From: a virus
Direction: 5' to 3' (one strand)
Virus record (IMG/VR): IMGVR_UViG_3300028794_000198
Span: 1-64,000 of that record
Length of the DNA: 64,000 bases
Shown here: positions 26,492-36,100 of the stretch, piece after piece
How positions within the stretch are numbered: position 1 is the stretch's first letter
Layout: every line of letters begins with the position of its first letter
Made by a program: the position numbers and the translations under genes
Notes under the pieces: model-generated
What the model saw: only the letters and a program-made list of their open reading frames with translations
What the model was told of the DNA's origin: nothing
Databases searched by the model: none

Positions 26492-28260
26492 CGCAACACC
26501 ACCACCCTGCCTTTACCGCGCACGGTGGAGCGCTTCTGATTCTTCGGACTGTTCAACACCAGGCGCCGCAGCATGCGGGCGCCGACCATGCACACCGCGA
26601 GGTCGATTTTCCGGGCGGACTCGCGGTGCTCCTTGCCGATCGTGATCCCCCAAGCATTCGTCCGCCTGCGGGCATTGATCACATGGGTGCGCATCACCTT
26701 GTGGCCGTCGTGGGCCAGGTTCCGCTGCAGCACATCCTCATGCGCGCGCTTCACCGCGTCGGTAAACGTCTCCTGATTGCGGCGGTCACGCATGTCCCAG
26801 CGAACCGCGTGCGCCTTCGGGCCGGCCGATACGGCGCGCAGCGTGAGCTTCTTCCCGAATGCCTGCCCCCAGCGGTCCAGGTAGGTGTCCCAGTACATTT
26901 CGCCGTCGTCGTCCTTGCCGGAGCCGGGGTCGGCATAGAACGCCAGCACCCTGAACCGTCCGAACGCGTTGGCCACAACGCCGTCGACGTCCTCGCGCGG
27001 CACCTGGTACGGCATATAGCCCGGCGTTTCCGGCGACGGCCAGTTCGGAGGCCTCTGCCACACGCCCAGCGTCGACACCAGACCGTCCGACATGCGGCAG
27101 GCCGCCAGGCCCGTCGCATCGTCCGACTTTGAACCGTCGAAGAAGAGGACGACCTCGTCACCGTCTGCCAGCGCCAGATCCTCGCGCTTGCAGGCATCCC
27201 ACTCGTAGCGGGCCAGCCACGCATCCTCCGCCGCGGCGATCTGGTTGAACCAGAAGCGCCGACTGCGGGAAGGCGGGTTGCGGACGTCGAGGATCGACTT
27301 GATGATCCGGGGAATGTTCAGCCAGACCGAGTCGCCCCGGACGGCAAGCAGCACCTTCTCCAGCCACGGCCTGGTGAGCTTCGCCTCGGGCGGCGCCTCC
27401 AGCGAGTCGTACAGAATCCCCGTGTCCTCGGCGCGGCCTGCCTCGGCCGCCTCGTAGGCGTCGCGGGTCTGCTCAGCGACCGAGTCCTCGCCGGGCTCGA
27501 ACGCGTTGGTGATCGCGAATGTCCGGGCCGAACCGTCCGCCGACTTCGTAGCGTTGCGCTCGATCGTGGCGGCCATCTCGTGGCCCTGGTTCGACTCGAT
27601 CCAGTGGTGCGTCTCGTTGAGCAGGGTGAAGGTGGTCCGGCCGCCCTCAAGGGCGCGCGGCGAAGAGGTCACGGCCTCGATGCGCGCCTGCCCCTTGTGG
27701 GCGTAGACGATCTCCTTGCCGACATCGATGCCGAACTCGGCCCTGGCTTTCGGGGTGAACAGTGACCCGAAGATGATCATTGTGTTGCGGGTCTGATCCT
27801 TCGACACCGCAGCCACCTGCACCCACGGCTCCAGGTGGGGCTCGCCGACCGCCTGCCCCTCCGGCACGCCACTCTCGTCGTCCGGGCCGGCAATCCGCCC
27901 CGACCAGCGGGACGGGCCGACGAACTCGACAGCGCACAACGTAGCGCCGAACGGATCCTTGCCCCAGCCCTTCAAGCGCTGAAGCACGGCATCTCGGTAC
28001 GCGAACTCGCCGGTCACTGGATCGAGGGCAAACCACCACAGGACCAAGCGGACCTGCTCGCTCGTGTACCGCCACCGCTCACCGCGATGCTGAAGATAGG
28101 CGCCCGTCCACACGAGAACATGCCAGCCGAGCGTGAACGCCGGCTTGATGAACAGGCCGTCCTCGCCGCGCGTCCAGGTCGGCCCGATGACAACGGGCGT
28201 GACCTCGTCCGGGACTTCCTCGACCGACTGCTCAGCCACCGAAGGCGGAGCGGTAGTCAT
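26488..28260 (-). CDS. terminase large subunit
   Basis: RLKGWGKD Walker A, LLNETH, FDGSKSDDAT, KIDLAV. Confidence 0.95.
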   Translation of the reverse strand: MTTAPPSVAEQSVEEVPDEVTPVVIGPTWTRGEDGLFIKPAFTLGWHVLVWTGAYLQHRGERWRYTSEQVRLVLWWFALDPVTGEFAYRDAVLQRLKGWGKDPFGATLCAVEFVGPSRWSGRIAGPDDESGVPEGQAVGEPHLEPWVQVAAVSKDQTRNTMIIFGSLFTPKARAEFGIDVGKEIVYAHKGQARIEAVTSSPRALEGGRTTFTLLNETHHWIESNQGHEMAATIERNATKSADGSARTFAITNAFEPGEDSVAEQTRDAYEAAEAGRAEDTGILYDSLEAPPEAKLTRPWLEKVLLAVRGDSVWLNIPRIIKSILDVRNPPSRSRRFWFNQIAAAEDAWLARYEWDACKREDLALADGDEVVLFFDGSKSDDATGLAACRMSDGLVSTLGVWQRPPNWPSPETPGYMPYQVPREDVDGVVANAFGRFRVLAFYADPGSGKDDDGEMYWDTYLDRWGQAFGKKLTLRAVSAGPKAHAVRWDMRDRRNQETFTDAVKRAHEDVLQRNLAHDGHKVMRTHVINARRRTNAWGITIGKEHRESARKIDLAVCMVGARMLRRLVLNSPKNQKRSTVRGKGRVVVLR

Positions 28261-28672
28261 CGAGCGCCGTCACCTTCGCGCCACCCTGCGAGGCGGGCTT
28301 CTTCCGCTCCAGCTCCATGCGAGCCCGACGCCGGTCGCCCTCCGTCGTCAACAGCGACGACATGACGCTGTTCAGGGCGGCCACCAACTGGCCGTTCGGG
28401 CCGCGCTCCGACAGCAGCACCTTCGACATCAGGTCGGCGGCATACCGGGCCACCGCCCAGTCCGACGGCTGATAGAACGCGGACTGCCCCGACTCGCGCA
28501 GCGACAGATACCAGTCGGCGGAGATCGGATGCCACAGCGGATCAGCATCCGGCAGATCCGGCAGATCGTCCGGCGCCCCCGACGGGGCCCTCGTGACGGA
28601 ATCCTGCTCTTCCTTCGAGCGATGGCCCATGCGCTCCTCGGAGCGCTTACCGATAGGTCCACGAGCGCCCAT
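28232..28672 (-). CDS. terminase small subunit
   Basis: SGQSAFYQPSDW...LLTTEGDRRRARMEL. Confidence 0.88.
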   Translation of the reverse strand: MGARGPIGKRSEERMGHRSKEEQDSVTRAPSGAPDDLPDLPDADPLWHPISADWYLSLRESGQSAFYQPSDWAVARYAADLMSKVLLSERGPNGQLVAALNSVMSSLLTTEGDRRRARMELERKKPASQGGAKVTALDDYRSAFGG

Positions 28673-28758
28673 GACGACCTCCAGGGTCAGAGCGCGCCAC
28701 CAGGGCGCACGGAGGGCTGGAAACGACAGCGCCCCAACTCAGGGACGCCGCCGGGGCG

Positions 28759-29385
28759 TCAGAGCGAGGCGACCAAACCGGCCGCATCAGGCAGCACGGC
28801 AAGACTCAACGGCGTACCCGGAACCCGGTCACCGACGATGATGTAGCGGCGATCCGAGTACACCTCGAACGCCAACTCCCCCTTGCGGATACGGCGGCCT
28901 GCCGGGACGGCGCCGCGGAACCACAGGTGCAGGCCGGTACCGGACCGGCCGCGTTCCATGTACGTCGGCGGCAACCGGTCCACGATCGCCTGCGCCCACG
29001 GAAGGACGCTTCCATCCTCGACCGCATGGTCCAGGTCGACGACCATGATGCCGTCGCCGGCCGTGAGGACGAAGCCGATGCCGTCGCCCGTCTTGGATCC
29101 GGCGACTGCGGCGTAGTCCGACCAGGACGACGGGTCCTTCACCGAGGCGAAACGGCCGTCGGTGCGCAGCGGCACCTTGTCCTTGTGCCGCACCCAGCGG
29201 GGACGTGAGGTCAGCTCGGCGGGAATACGGGCCTGCTGCTCGGCAGCAAGGGCTGCGTCACGCTCACGCTTGCGGGCCCGAGCTGCGAGGACGCGATGCG
29301 AGTTGGAGCAGTAGCGGCGGTCCGACCGGTGCATGACCGGCAGCTCTCCCCCGCAGTGCGCGCACCTCTGAAGCGTCTCTGGCAT
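28759..29385 (-). CDS. prim-pol (AEP, NrS-1 N-terminal-like) domain protein with N-terminal Zn finger
   Basis: CAHC...YCS; IPAEL..RWV, GIGFVL, VDLDH, E..RSGTGLH, EVY..RY. Confidence 0.75.
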   Translation of the reverse strand: MPETLQRCAHCGGELPVMHRSDRRYCSNSHRVLAARARKRERDAALAAEQQARIPAELTSRPRWVRHKDKVPLRTDGRFASVKDPSSWSDYAAVAGSKTGDGIGFVLTAGDGIMVVDLDHAVEDGSVLPWAQAIVDRLPPTYMERGRSGTGLHLWFRGAVPAGRRIRKGELAFEVYSDRRYIIVGDRVPGTPLSLAVLPDAAGLVASL

Positions 29386-29504
29386 GCATCCAGGATAGCG
29401 CCGCCTGTTAACGACTATAGGCATTTGAGCTGCACTGTTACCGGCCTGCGACATAGCTCAGCCACCCGAGCGGACTGGACCACTTAGGCATACTCGCAGG
29501 TCAG

Positions 29505-29600
29505 GGGCCTTGGAAACCCGGGGGGGATGTCAGGTGCTATACGGGCCCGATCCTAAAGGATCATGGGTGGGGGGTACGCCCCCTATGTCCGTTTAGGGTT
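29505..29600. other. probable cos/packaging region
   Basis: Non-coding stretch with G/C runs and short palindromes between the HNH cluster and terS; assignment is positional. Confidence 0.4.
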
Positions 29601-29610
29601 GGATCAAGGT

Positions 29611-29790
29611 TCAGAGATCATCCGGATCAGCCTCGTGCGTCCAGGCGTGGGCGATCACGTCCGTGAGGTCAGGCTCAACGCTCATGATCAGCATGTTGCC
29701 TTCGCGACCTCTCGACGTGATCACTGTCGTGATCGGTACTGCGACGTCGCACTCGGGACAGTGGACCTGGACCGCACCGACCGCTGCCAC
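29611..29790 (-). CDS. small Zn-ribbon protein
   Basis: CPEC...H...H. Confidence 0.5.
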   Translation of the reverse strand: MAAVGAVQVHCPECDVAVPITTVITSRGREGNMLIMSVEPDLTDVIAHAWTHEADPDDL

Positions 29791-29816
29791 GCTCGCCTCC
29801 CCGGTGGCCGACGTAC

Positions 29817-29993
29817 CTACCGGCTGGCCTGCTCCCTGCCGTCGAGGGAGTGGTGCACCAGCAGCCAGCCCGTCGACCCGTCCTCCTGGGTGGCCGGCCT
29901 GACCTCGGGCCCGCACGCGCAGTCGGGCTCGCTGGTGCTGGTGTCGTGGTCGACCAGGTCGTGCTGTGGTGTGACGTGAAGGGTGTTGGTCAC
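29817..29993 (-). CDS. small hypothetical phage protein
   Basis: CACGP...HHSLDGRE. Confidence 0.6.
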   Translation of the reverse strand: MTNTLHVTPQHDLVDHDTSTSEPDCACGPEVRPATQEDGSTGWLLVHHSLDGREQASR

Positions 29994-30253
29994 CGCCGCT
30001 TGGCCCCGCCTCGCAGTGCCTTGGCGTGAGCGCTCGTGCTCATGCCTGTCGCCGCGATATGCCTCAGCTGGCAGTATCCCTTGGCTCGCGCCCCAAGATG
30101 CTTTGACAGGAGTCGGTTGCATCGGGACCAGTCGCCTGGTGTACCCCAGCGGATCTTGGCCGCCCCGACCCCGTGGGTCCAGTAGTTGCGCAGGGTCTGG
30201 GCGTTGCCGCCGCCTTTGCGTCCGCCGTTGCCTTGCCTGCCGCGTGCCATCAC
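29990..30253 (-). CDS. small basic phage protein
   Basis: LRNYW..G.GAAKIRWGTPGDW.RC...GYC..H. Confidence 0.7.
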   Translation of the reverse strand: MMARGRQGNGGRKGGGNAQTLRNYWTHGVGAAKIRWGTPGDWSRCNRLLSKHLGARAKGYCQLRHIAATGMSTSAHAKALRGGAKRR

Positions 30254-30459
30254 GTGCCACCCTTCTCCAGCGCGGGCCCGCCCTGTGGTGCGTCTACCCG
30301 CATGATGCTGCGGATCTGCTCACGGGGTACGGCGAAGCAGGTGCCGGCTTCGTCTTTGAAGATGGCCCAGTCGGGGGTGAACTCGACGGTGAGTGCGTCG
30401 TCTTCGAGGAGGACGTCTTCGCCGCGTCGCTCGTTGTGGACGATGAGGTAGGCGGGCAT
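30250..30459 (-). CDS. hypothetical protein
   Basis: Coupled ORF with RBS. Confidence 0.6.
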   Translation of the reverse strand: MPAYLIVHNERRGEDVLLEDDALTVEFTPDWAIFKDEAGTCFAVPREQIRSIMRVDAPQGGPALEKGGT

Positions 30460-30469
30460 AGTCACCGCC

Positions 30470-30763
30470 TTACAGGAGTCCTGGGTGCCGCTCGGGCTGG
30501 CGCTTCCGCCCGGGCGGCGGGTTGGCGGCCTTAGCCGCGCGGCCCTCTGCGCTGGACTTCAACCCATGGCATGTGGCGCAGACGCCTTGAAGTCGATCCT
30601 CTGCATGATCGTCAGTCTTGGCCTCGACGTGATCGCAGTGACTGCTCGGCCGTACCCCGCAGATCTTGCACGTCGGGTCGCGGGCGAGCACCTTGGCACG
30701 AATGGTCGACCAGTTCGACGGCAGCCGGCTCTTGCGGTCCGAGTTCTTCCAGCCTCCGCTCAC
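30470..30763 (-). CDS. HNH endonuclease (packaging-associated)
   Basis: RD..C..CG....DH...LQGVCATCH..KS. Confidence 0.88.
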   Translation of the reverse strand: MSGGWKNSDRKSRLPSNWSTIRAKVLARDPTCKICGVRPSSHCDHVEAKTDDHAEDRLQGVCATCHGLKSSAEGRAAKAANPPPGRKRQPERHPGLL

Positions 30764-31038
30764 GGCTGCGCCTCGGCGTTGGGGTCGTCCTTCCGCCCTG
30801 GGCGCCAGTCGGTGACGAGGTCGAGGGTGAGCGTGCAGTCGTCGGGGTTGTAGCCGGTGATGCGGTAGACGACTTGGTCGGCGATGTTGACGTTGCCGCC
30901 TTCGATCCTGATGAAGAGGCCGGGGCCCCCAACGGCGTCGACGTCCATCTTCGCCCGCTGCGGGGCTTCGTCGACGACGACGCCTTTCCCGAGGTGGCGG
31001 CTGATCTGGATGTCTCCGTACTCGGTGCCGCTCATCAC
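30760..31038 (-). CDS. hypothetical protein
   Basis: Coupled ORF. Confidence 0.6.
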   Translation of the reverse strand: MMSGTEYGDIQISRHLGKGVVVDEAPQRAKMDVDAVGGPGLFIRIEGGNVNIADQVVYRITGYNPDDCTLTLDLVTDWRPGRKDDPNAEAQP

Positions 31039-31230
31039 CTACTCCTCACCGCTGCTGCTGGGTGACCAGCCTGCGAATCCGGCGCGCCGGTCGGCCGGGC
31101 TGCTTGCGGTGGCGACGCCGTATAGCCGGATGGCGGTTTCTTCGGCGCGTCGGAGTGCGTCGTCGGCGCCGCTGATTTCGACGGTGATGTCGCGGGTGCC
31201 GTCGGACAGCTTGACTGTCACGTCAGGCAT
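31039..31230 (-). CDS. hypothetical protein
   Basis: MPDVTVKLSDG... Confidence 0.55.
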   Translation of the reverse strand: MPDVTVKLSDGTRDITVEISGADDALRRAEETAIRLYGVATASSPADRRAGFAGWSPSSSGEE

Positions 31231-31429
31231 CGGCGTGGGGCAGCGCGGCGTTCTCGATGAGGTAGTTACCTGCTTCGACGAGTAGGGCGCCGAGGGCTCG
31301 GTAGACGTCTTCTGCGTAGAGCGTGCCGCCACGAGGGGCGACGGCGAGGGTGCCGATGCGTCCTCCGATTGGGGTGGCTCCGGGGAGGCAGGTGGTGACC
31401 TCTACGGGTGCTGTGATCTCTGCAGCCAT
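31223..31429 (-). CDS. hypothetical protein
   Basis: AGGAG RBS. Confidence 0.5.
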   Translation of the reverse strand: MAAEITAPVEVTTCLPGATPIGGRIGTLAVAPRGGTLYAEDVYRALGALLVEAGNYLIENAALPHADA

Positions 31430-31456
31430 GGCGCTGGCTCCTGTGGTCGTCAAGGG

Positions 31457-31873
31457 TTACGGCTTCCAGCGACGCCCGAGTAGCGCTTCGGGCACGTCGC
31501 TGGTGGTGATGGGCGGGGTGATCCAGTGGGCGAGGCGTGGGCCGGTGCTCGACTTGCGCTCGGGCGGTGTCGGCTGGTCAAGGCTCGCGAGAATCTCGGC
31601 GGTTACGCCTTGGGCGTGCGCGAGGTCGAGCAGTTCGGGGCAGTCGTTGAGGTTGTCGACGTTCGCCAGATCCATGTCGCTGTAGGTGCCGCAGCCGTGG
31701 CAGGCGATCGCGTAGGGGTTCCTCGGGTCGAGCGTGTGCCGGGCGAGGATGCGGCGGTCCGCCTCGCAGCGGCGCAGGATGGGCGCGGCTTCGTCGCTCG
31801 GAATGCAGTCCTCTTCGATCGACCGCTCAACAGTGTGGACTTGCTGGGTGATCCAGGCGTGGAGATCCGTCAC
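31457..31873 (-). CDS. DUF6221-like protein
   Basis: LRRCEADRRILARH...CHGC...CPELLDLA. Confidence 0.7.
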   Translation of the reverse strand: MTDLHAWITQQVHTVERSIEEDCIPSDEAAPILRRCEADRRILARHTLDPRNPYAIACHGCGTYSDMDLANVDNLNDCPELLDLAHAQGVTAEILASLDQPTPPERKSSTGPRLAHWITPPITTSDVPEALLGRRWKP

Positions 31874-32148
31874 GGCGTCTCCTCGGTGCTGGCGCCTTGC
31901 GGGGCCGGGAATCCGGAGAGGTCATCCGTGAGCGCGTTCCACGTCGACTCGATGTGGTCTTTCGTGGTGCTCTGCGCGGCGGCTTGGACGTAGGCGCGGA
32001 TGGCTTCGGCCTGGTCGCGGACGTCGATGGGGATGGCGCTGACGACTGCGTTGAGGCAGGTCTTGTCGGCACCGTGCTCGTCTTCGTGGTTGAGCATGGC
32101 GATAGTCAGGTCCCATACCCATTTGGGCAGGACAGTGTTGGAAGCCAT
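31870..32148 (-). CDS. hypothetical protein
   Basis: Coupled ORF. Confidence 0.55.
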   Translation of the reverse strand: MASNTVLPKWVWDLTIAMLNHEDEHGADKTCLNAVVSAIPIDVRDQAEAIRAYVQAAAQSTTKDHIESTWNALTDDLSGFPAPQGASTEETP

Positions 32149-32169
32149 GGGCGCGGGCCTTCCGTGGGT

Positions 32170-32373
32170 TCAGGCGATGGGCGCGCCGCACCACGTGCAG
32201 CGCGGCGCGATGCTGTGCGGGGCGCCGCGTCCGTGGCGTCCGCGCTTGTGGAGGTATCGCATGCGTGCGGCGTAGGCCCGCGAGTAGACGGCCACGTACA
32301 GGCTGTGGAGGCCGCCCGACTCGCGCCTGAAGCTGCGGATGTGGCGGTAGGCGAACTGCTGCACACCGTTCAC
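32170..32373 (-). CDS. small basic protein with CxxC
   Basis: GGGAGG RBS; ...RCTWCG. Confidence 0.45.
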   Translation of the reverse strand: MNGVQQFAYRHIRSFRRESGGLHSLYVAVYSRAYAARMRYLHKRGRHGRGAPHSIAPRCTWCGAPIA

Positions 32374-32386
32374 GTGGCGCCTCCCG

Positions 32387-33070
32387 TCAGGCGGGGATGG
32401 TGGCACGTTCGGTGAGCAGTGCCCGGACCGTATCCGGCTGCCCGGTGGCGTCGACGTACCGCTGACACAGCTGCCCGTTGGCGACGTGCTGGGGTGTGCC
32501 GTGGCCAACCTCGGGCGGGTGCCACAGGTGGGTGATGGTGCCCTGGTGAGCGACGGTCGAGCCGAGGAGTGCGTCGGCGGCGATGCGGTACGCGGCATCC
32601 TCGAAGCCGTAGGCGACGAACCGTTCGTCCATGCCGCCCGCTGCCCACCAGCTCGCGGGTTGGATGACGAGGACGCCGCCGGTGGCCCATTGGTGTTCGA
32701 GGTCGACCGCACAGTCGGAGGCCGGCGCACCTGCGAGGTAGTCGGCGGTGCCGTGCCGTGAAAGGCCCCGGTACCAGGTGTACGGCAGGTGCAGCACGCC
32801 GTCCGTAGCCGCCTCGATCGCGGCATGCAGGGGCTCGCGCTCGGGGAGGGTGTCGGCGTCGCAGAGGACGACGACGTCTGCCCCGGCTGCCTGCGCCTGC
32901 CGGACGCCTTCGTTGCGGCTTCCAGCGCGGGAGAACGGTGTGTGCCCGCTGTCGACGTCGAGGGGGATCGCGTCGGGCAGTAGCTGCCGCAGGTGGGCGC
33001 GGACGTACTCGTGGTGGGCGTTGCGCTCCGGGGTGCCGGGCCGCCACGGGATGACGACAGCGACGGTCAC
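32387..33070 (-). CDS. GT2/GT7-like glycosyltransferase
   Basis: VVIPWR, FSRAGSRNEG, DAD, GGMDERF..YGFED, HLWH. Confidence 0.88.
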   Translation of the reverse strand: MTVAVVIPWRPGTPERNAHHEYVRAHLRQLLPDAIPLDVDSGHTPFSRAGSRNEGVRQAQAAGADVVVLCDADTLPEREPLHAAIEAATDGVLHLPYTWYRGLSRHGTADYLAGAPASDCAVDLEHQWATGGVLVIQPASWWAAGGMDERFVAYGFEDAAYRIAADALLGSTVAHQGTITHLWHPPEVGHGTPQHVANGQLCQRYVDATGQPDTVRALLTERATIPA

Positions 33071-33085
33071 GCGCGGCTCCTTCCT

Positions 33086-33484
33086 TCAGAGCCACATCAC
33101 GGCAGCGGCATTGATCGCCAAGTGCATCGCGTTGTCCGCAATGATCAGTAGCCAGACGGCCAGCCAGACCGGTCGGTCCTTGTGGTAGCCCGTCGCCGAG
33201 CACTCCGACCACGGATGCCAGTAGGAGCGCGGAGCCAGGAAGTTCTTTGCCCACACGACGTGCCGCGCTAGGCGGTAGTGATCGATGACCGCATGGGTCA
33301 CGACGATGACCGCGAGCGCGACAGGCGACCGGGTGACGAGCAGGAATGGCAGGCCGTAAGTAAGCGCGTGCGCCCAGGCTGGCCACCAGCGCTTCGTCTT
33401 CTCGTTGGCCATCCAGTCGGATTGCAGGACGTAGTCCCCGAAGAGGTGGGCGAGGAGTAGGCCGAACGCAACCTCACCGGTCAC
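33086..33484 (-). CDS. DUF3307 membrane protein
   Basis: AHLFGDYVLQSDWMA..K, H...Y, HAVIDH, ADNAMH. Confidence 0.85.
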   Translation of the reverse strand: MTGEVAFGLLLAHLFGDYVLQSDWMANEKTKRWWPAWAHALTYGLPFLLVTRSPVALAVIVVTHAVIDHYRLARHVVWAKNFLAPRSYWHPWSECSATGYHKDRPVWLAVWLLIIADNAMHLAINAAAVMWL

Positions 33485-34071
33485 AGGGCCCGCCACACCG
33501 ACCATGGCCGGTCGGCTTCGACGCGCTCCATCTTCAGCTTCGCGGCTAGCTCGTCCTGCCGCTCACGCGCCCAGGTCGTGACGCCGAGCCAGCCGTGCCC
33601 GTCCGACGGCTCATCCGACACGGGCCAGTCGAGGGCTAGCAGGCCGCCCTTCTTCACCACCGCACGCAGGTTGCTGACGAGTTGCTCACCGGTCGCGTAG
33701 TCGTGGTGGATGAGCACGGCGAGGCAGTACGCGGCGTCGAACTTGCGGCGGCCGAGATGCCTCCCGAAGTCGGAGCCGTCGGACTGGAACGTGGTGAGGC
33801 CGGGGTCGCGTTCGGCGAGCGCCGCAAGCATGCGCGGAGAGGCGTCGACGCCGGTCACGTCGTAGCCCATGGCGCGGAGCGGAATGGCGACGCGGCCGTC
33901 TCCGCATCCGAAGTCGAGCACCCGCGCTGCGGCAGGAATATCGGCGGCGAGGAGGACGGCCTGCGCCCGCCCGGATGCCCGGTAGGCATCCTCGGAGATG
34001 CCGCGCGTGGGGTGGATGGCGCCAGCCGCTTCAGGCTGGTCCCACGCCTTGATGACGTCTTCGGCGCTCAC
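33481..34071 (-). CDS. class I SAM-dependent methyltransferase
   Basis: VLDFGCGDGR, GVDAS..ML, FD....VLIH. Confidence 0.88.
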   Translation of the reverse strand: MSAEDVIKAWDQPEAAGAIHPTRGISEDAYRASGRAQAVLLAADIPAAARVLDFGCGDGRVAIPLRAMGYDVTGVDASPRMLAALAERDPGLTTFQSDGSDFGRHLGRRKFDAAYCLAVLIHHDYATGEQLVSNLRAVVKKGGLLALDWPVSDEPSDGHGWLGVTTWARERQDELAAKLKMERVEADRPWSVWRAL

Positions 34072-35321
34072 GACTTCCTCCCTACGCGGATGGTGGTGAC
34101 ACCCGACTGATCCGGCATGTAGCCGTGAGGGTCGATAACGACCGAGCCGGGCGGGAGGCGCAAGTGCAGGAACGCATCATGCCGGGTGGCGATCACGATG
34201 ACGCCGGGCTCGTCGGGGGCGAAGGTGCCACCGCTGTCGACGTGCGGATCCCAGTGCTCCACGTCGAGGTCGCGCGCCCGAAGCTGGTGGGCGAGAAGCA
34301 GCCCAGCGGAGCCGTTCACGAGGCTGACGTTGGGCTTGTACGCCTTGCCGAGGATGCAGATCGGCAGGCCGCTCATGCGGTGCCAGTGCTCAACCAGATC
34401 GGCCAGCCACGCGGACTGCTGCTCGCGGGCGTCGGAGACGTAACCCATCAGGTCGACGGACAGGTCAAGGCGCTGGGCCAGCCAACTCATGGCCTGGTTG
34501 TCGCGGGGGTGGCAGGCTCCAGAGTCGCCCATGCCGCCGCGCATGTAGGCCGGCGAGGTGATGCGGTCGGTGGCGAGTGCGAGCCCATCGGCGACTTGGT
34601 CGCAGTCGGCGCCGGTTTTCTGGCAGATCTCCATGACCATGTTCGCGAACACGATCTTCATGGAGACGAAGCAGTTGTAGGCAACCTTCGTCAGCTCGGC
34701 GGACTCGATCGACACGGCATGCACGGGCCGGTCATGCACGGTGCGGTACAGGTCTGCGATGTCGGCGACAGCTCCAGCGTCGTCGCTGCCGAGGAGGACG
34801 AACTCGGGGTGGAGGAAGTCCTGCACGGTGGTCGACATGGCAATGAAGTAGGGCCCGTAGACGAGTCGCACGTTCGGCCCGCACAGCGGGGCGAGGTAGG
34901 CGCGGGTAGTGCCGGGCAGCATGGTCGAGATGACGACCAGGGTGATCTGCTTGTCCTGCGCCTCGGCTGCCTGGGCGACGTCGCGGACGGCTTGAATGAG
35001 GTAGCCGTACTCGAAGTCGACCGGCTCGTCGATGATCGGTGTCTCGCCGCCGTATCGCGGGTCGTGCGGGGTCTGCACGGACACCATGACGATGCCCTCG
35101 CTCGCCGCGACCACGTCGGACGGCGAAGGGGCGAGGATCATTCGGGAACCGTTGAGGAGTTCCTCAATGCCAGCCTCTTCCGGCGGTGGCACTTGTCGGT
35201 TGAGGATCTGTTGCGGCCGGGGCGAAGGGTCGTAGCCGACGATGTGATGCCCGCCATGCTTCTCCATGGCGAGCGCACACGTGAGCCCGAGCTTCCCGAG
35301 ACCGATCCAGCCGAGCCTCAT
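34068..35321 (-). CDS. UDP-glucose/GDP-mannose 6-dehydrogenase family
   Basis: GLGKLG, VQTP, STMLPGT, SAELTKVAYN, GACHPRD (catalytic Cys), AYKPN. Confidence 0.92.
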   Translation of the reverse strand: MRLGWIGLGKLGLTCALAMEKHGGHHIVGYDPSPRPQQILNRQVPPPEEAGIEELLNGSRMILAPSPSDVVAASEGIVMVSVQTPHDPRYGGETPIIDEPVDFEYGYLIQAVRDVAQAAEAQDKQITLVVISTMLPGTTRAYLAPLCGPNVRLVYGPYFIAMSTTVQDFLHPEFVLLGSDDAGAVADIADLYRTVHDRPVHAVSIESAELTKVAYNCFVSMKIVFANMVMEICQKTGADCDQVADGLALATDRITSPAYMRGGMGDSGACHPRDNQAMSWLAQRLDLSVDLMGYVSDAREQQSAWLADLVEHWHRMSGLPICILGKAYKPNVSLVNGSAGLLLAHQLRARDLDVEHWDPHVDSGGTFAPDEPGVIVIATRHDAFLHLRLPPGSVVIDPHGYMPDQSGVTTIRVGRKS

Positions 35322-36100
35322 CCGGCCGCCTCCTTCTTGCGTAGGACGGCCGCGAGGTATTGGCCGGTCGGGGTGAGGTATTCGCATCGCTCAACAGCGA
35401 ACAGGTCGCCGAAGCGCTGTTCCAGACGGTCGCGGCTGTACCAGTCGGCATATTCCCCGACCTGGTCGAAGTAGCGGACGAAGCGTTCGAAGCCCGGGTC
35501 GGTGGTGGCGTCGTCGGGCGGCTCGGTGCCGGTGGCCTGGATCCAGCCGCGGTCGGAGTAGAGCATCAGCCGGGCGACGCCGTCGGGCCGGAGGATTTGG
35601 TGGGCGCGTTCCATGACCTGGCGGGCCCACGGGATGTGGTGGAGGACGCCGTTGCAGTGGAACACGTCGTAGCTGCCGGGATCGGCTTCGATGTACGGCG
35701 GTTCGCCGAGCGCGCGGTAGATCGTCAGCGCGGGCTGTTCGGCGATCCGGTCGGCGTACAGGCCGAGGACGCGCACGGCGAGGTGCAGGTTGTCGACGCT
35801 GATGTCCGCGAGGTCGACGCGGTTCCCGGCGAGGGCGAGCTCCAGGGCCTCGACGCCGACGCCACAGCCAAAGTCGAGCACATCCTGGCCGCCGGGCTCG
35901 TCGAGGCCCATGAGGTCGCGCCATAGGCCGTCATGGTTGCGCCAGCCGCCGTAGCGGGTGGCGCGCATCTGCTCGACCAGGGCCCGCAGTTCGTCGTCCG
36001 GCTTTGCGAGCAGGTCGGCGGCGGGGATGTAGCCGACGTCGTCGACGGGCGGACGCGACCATGCAGCACGCTGCCGTTCGAGGAAGCCTTCGTCGGTCAC
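35318..36100 (-). CDS. class I SAM-dependent methyltransferase
   Basis: VLDFGCGVG, ADIS, GVLHHIP, LRPDG. Confidence 0.88.
   Translation of the reverse strand: MTDEGFLERQRAAWSRPPVDDVGYIPAADLLAKPDDELRALVEQMRATRYGGWRNHDGLWRDLMGLDEPGGQDVLDFGCGVGVEALELALAGNRVDLADISVDNLHLAVRVLGLYADRIAEQPALTIYRALGEPPYIEADPGSYDVFHCNGVLHHIPWARQVMERAHQILRPDGVARLMLYSDRGWIQATGTEPPDDATTDPGFERFVRYFDQVGEYADWYSRDRLEQRFGDLFAVERCEYLTPTGQYLAAVLRKKEAAG

Noticed and set aside
33481-36100. DNA methyltransferases (restriction-modification or anti-restriction)
   Set aside because: No DPPY/NPPY or PCQ catalytic motifs. Both are small-molecule-type class I MTases within a sugar cassette.
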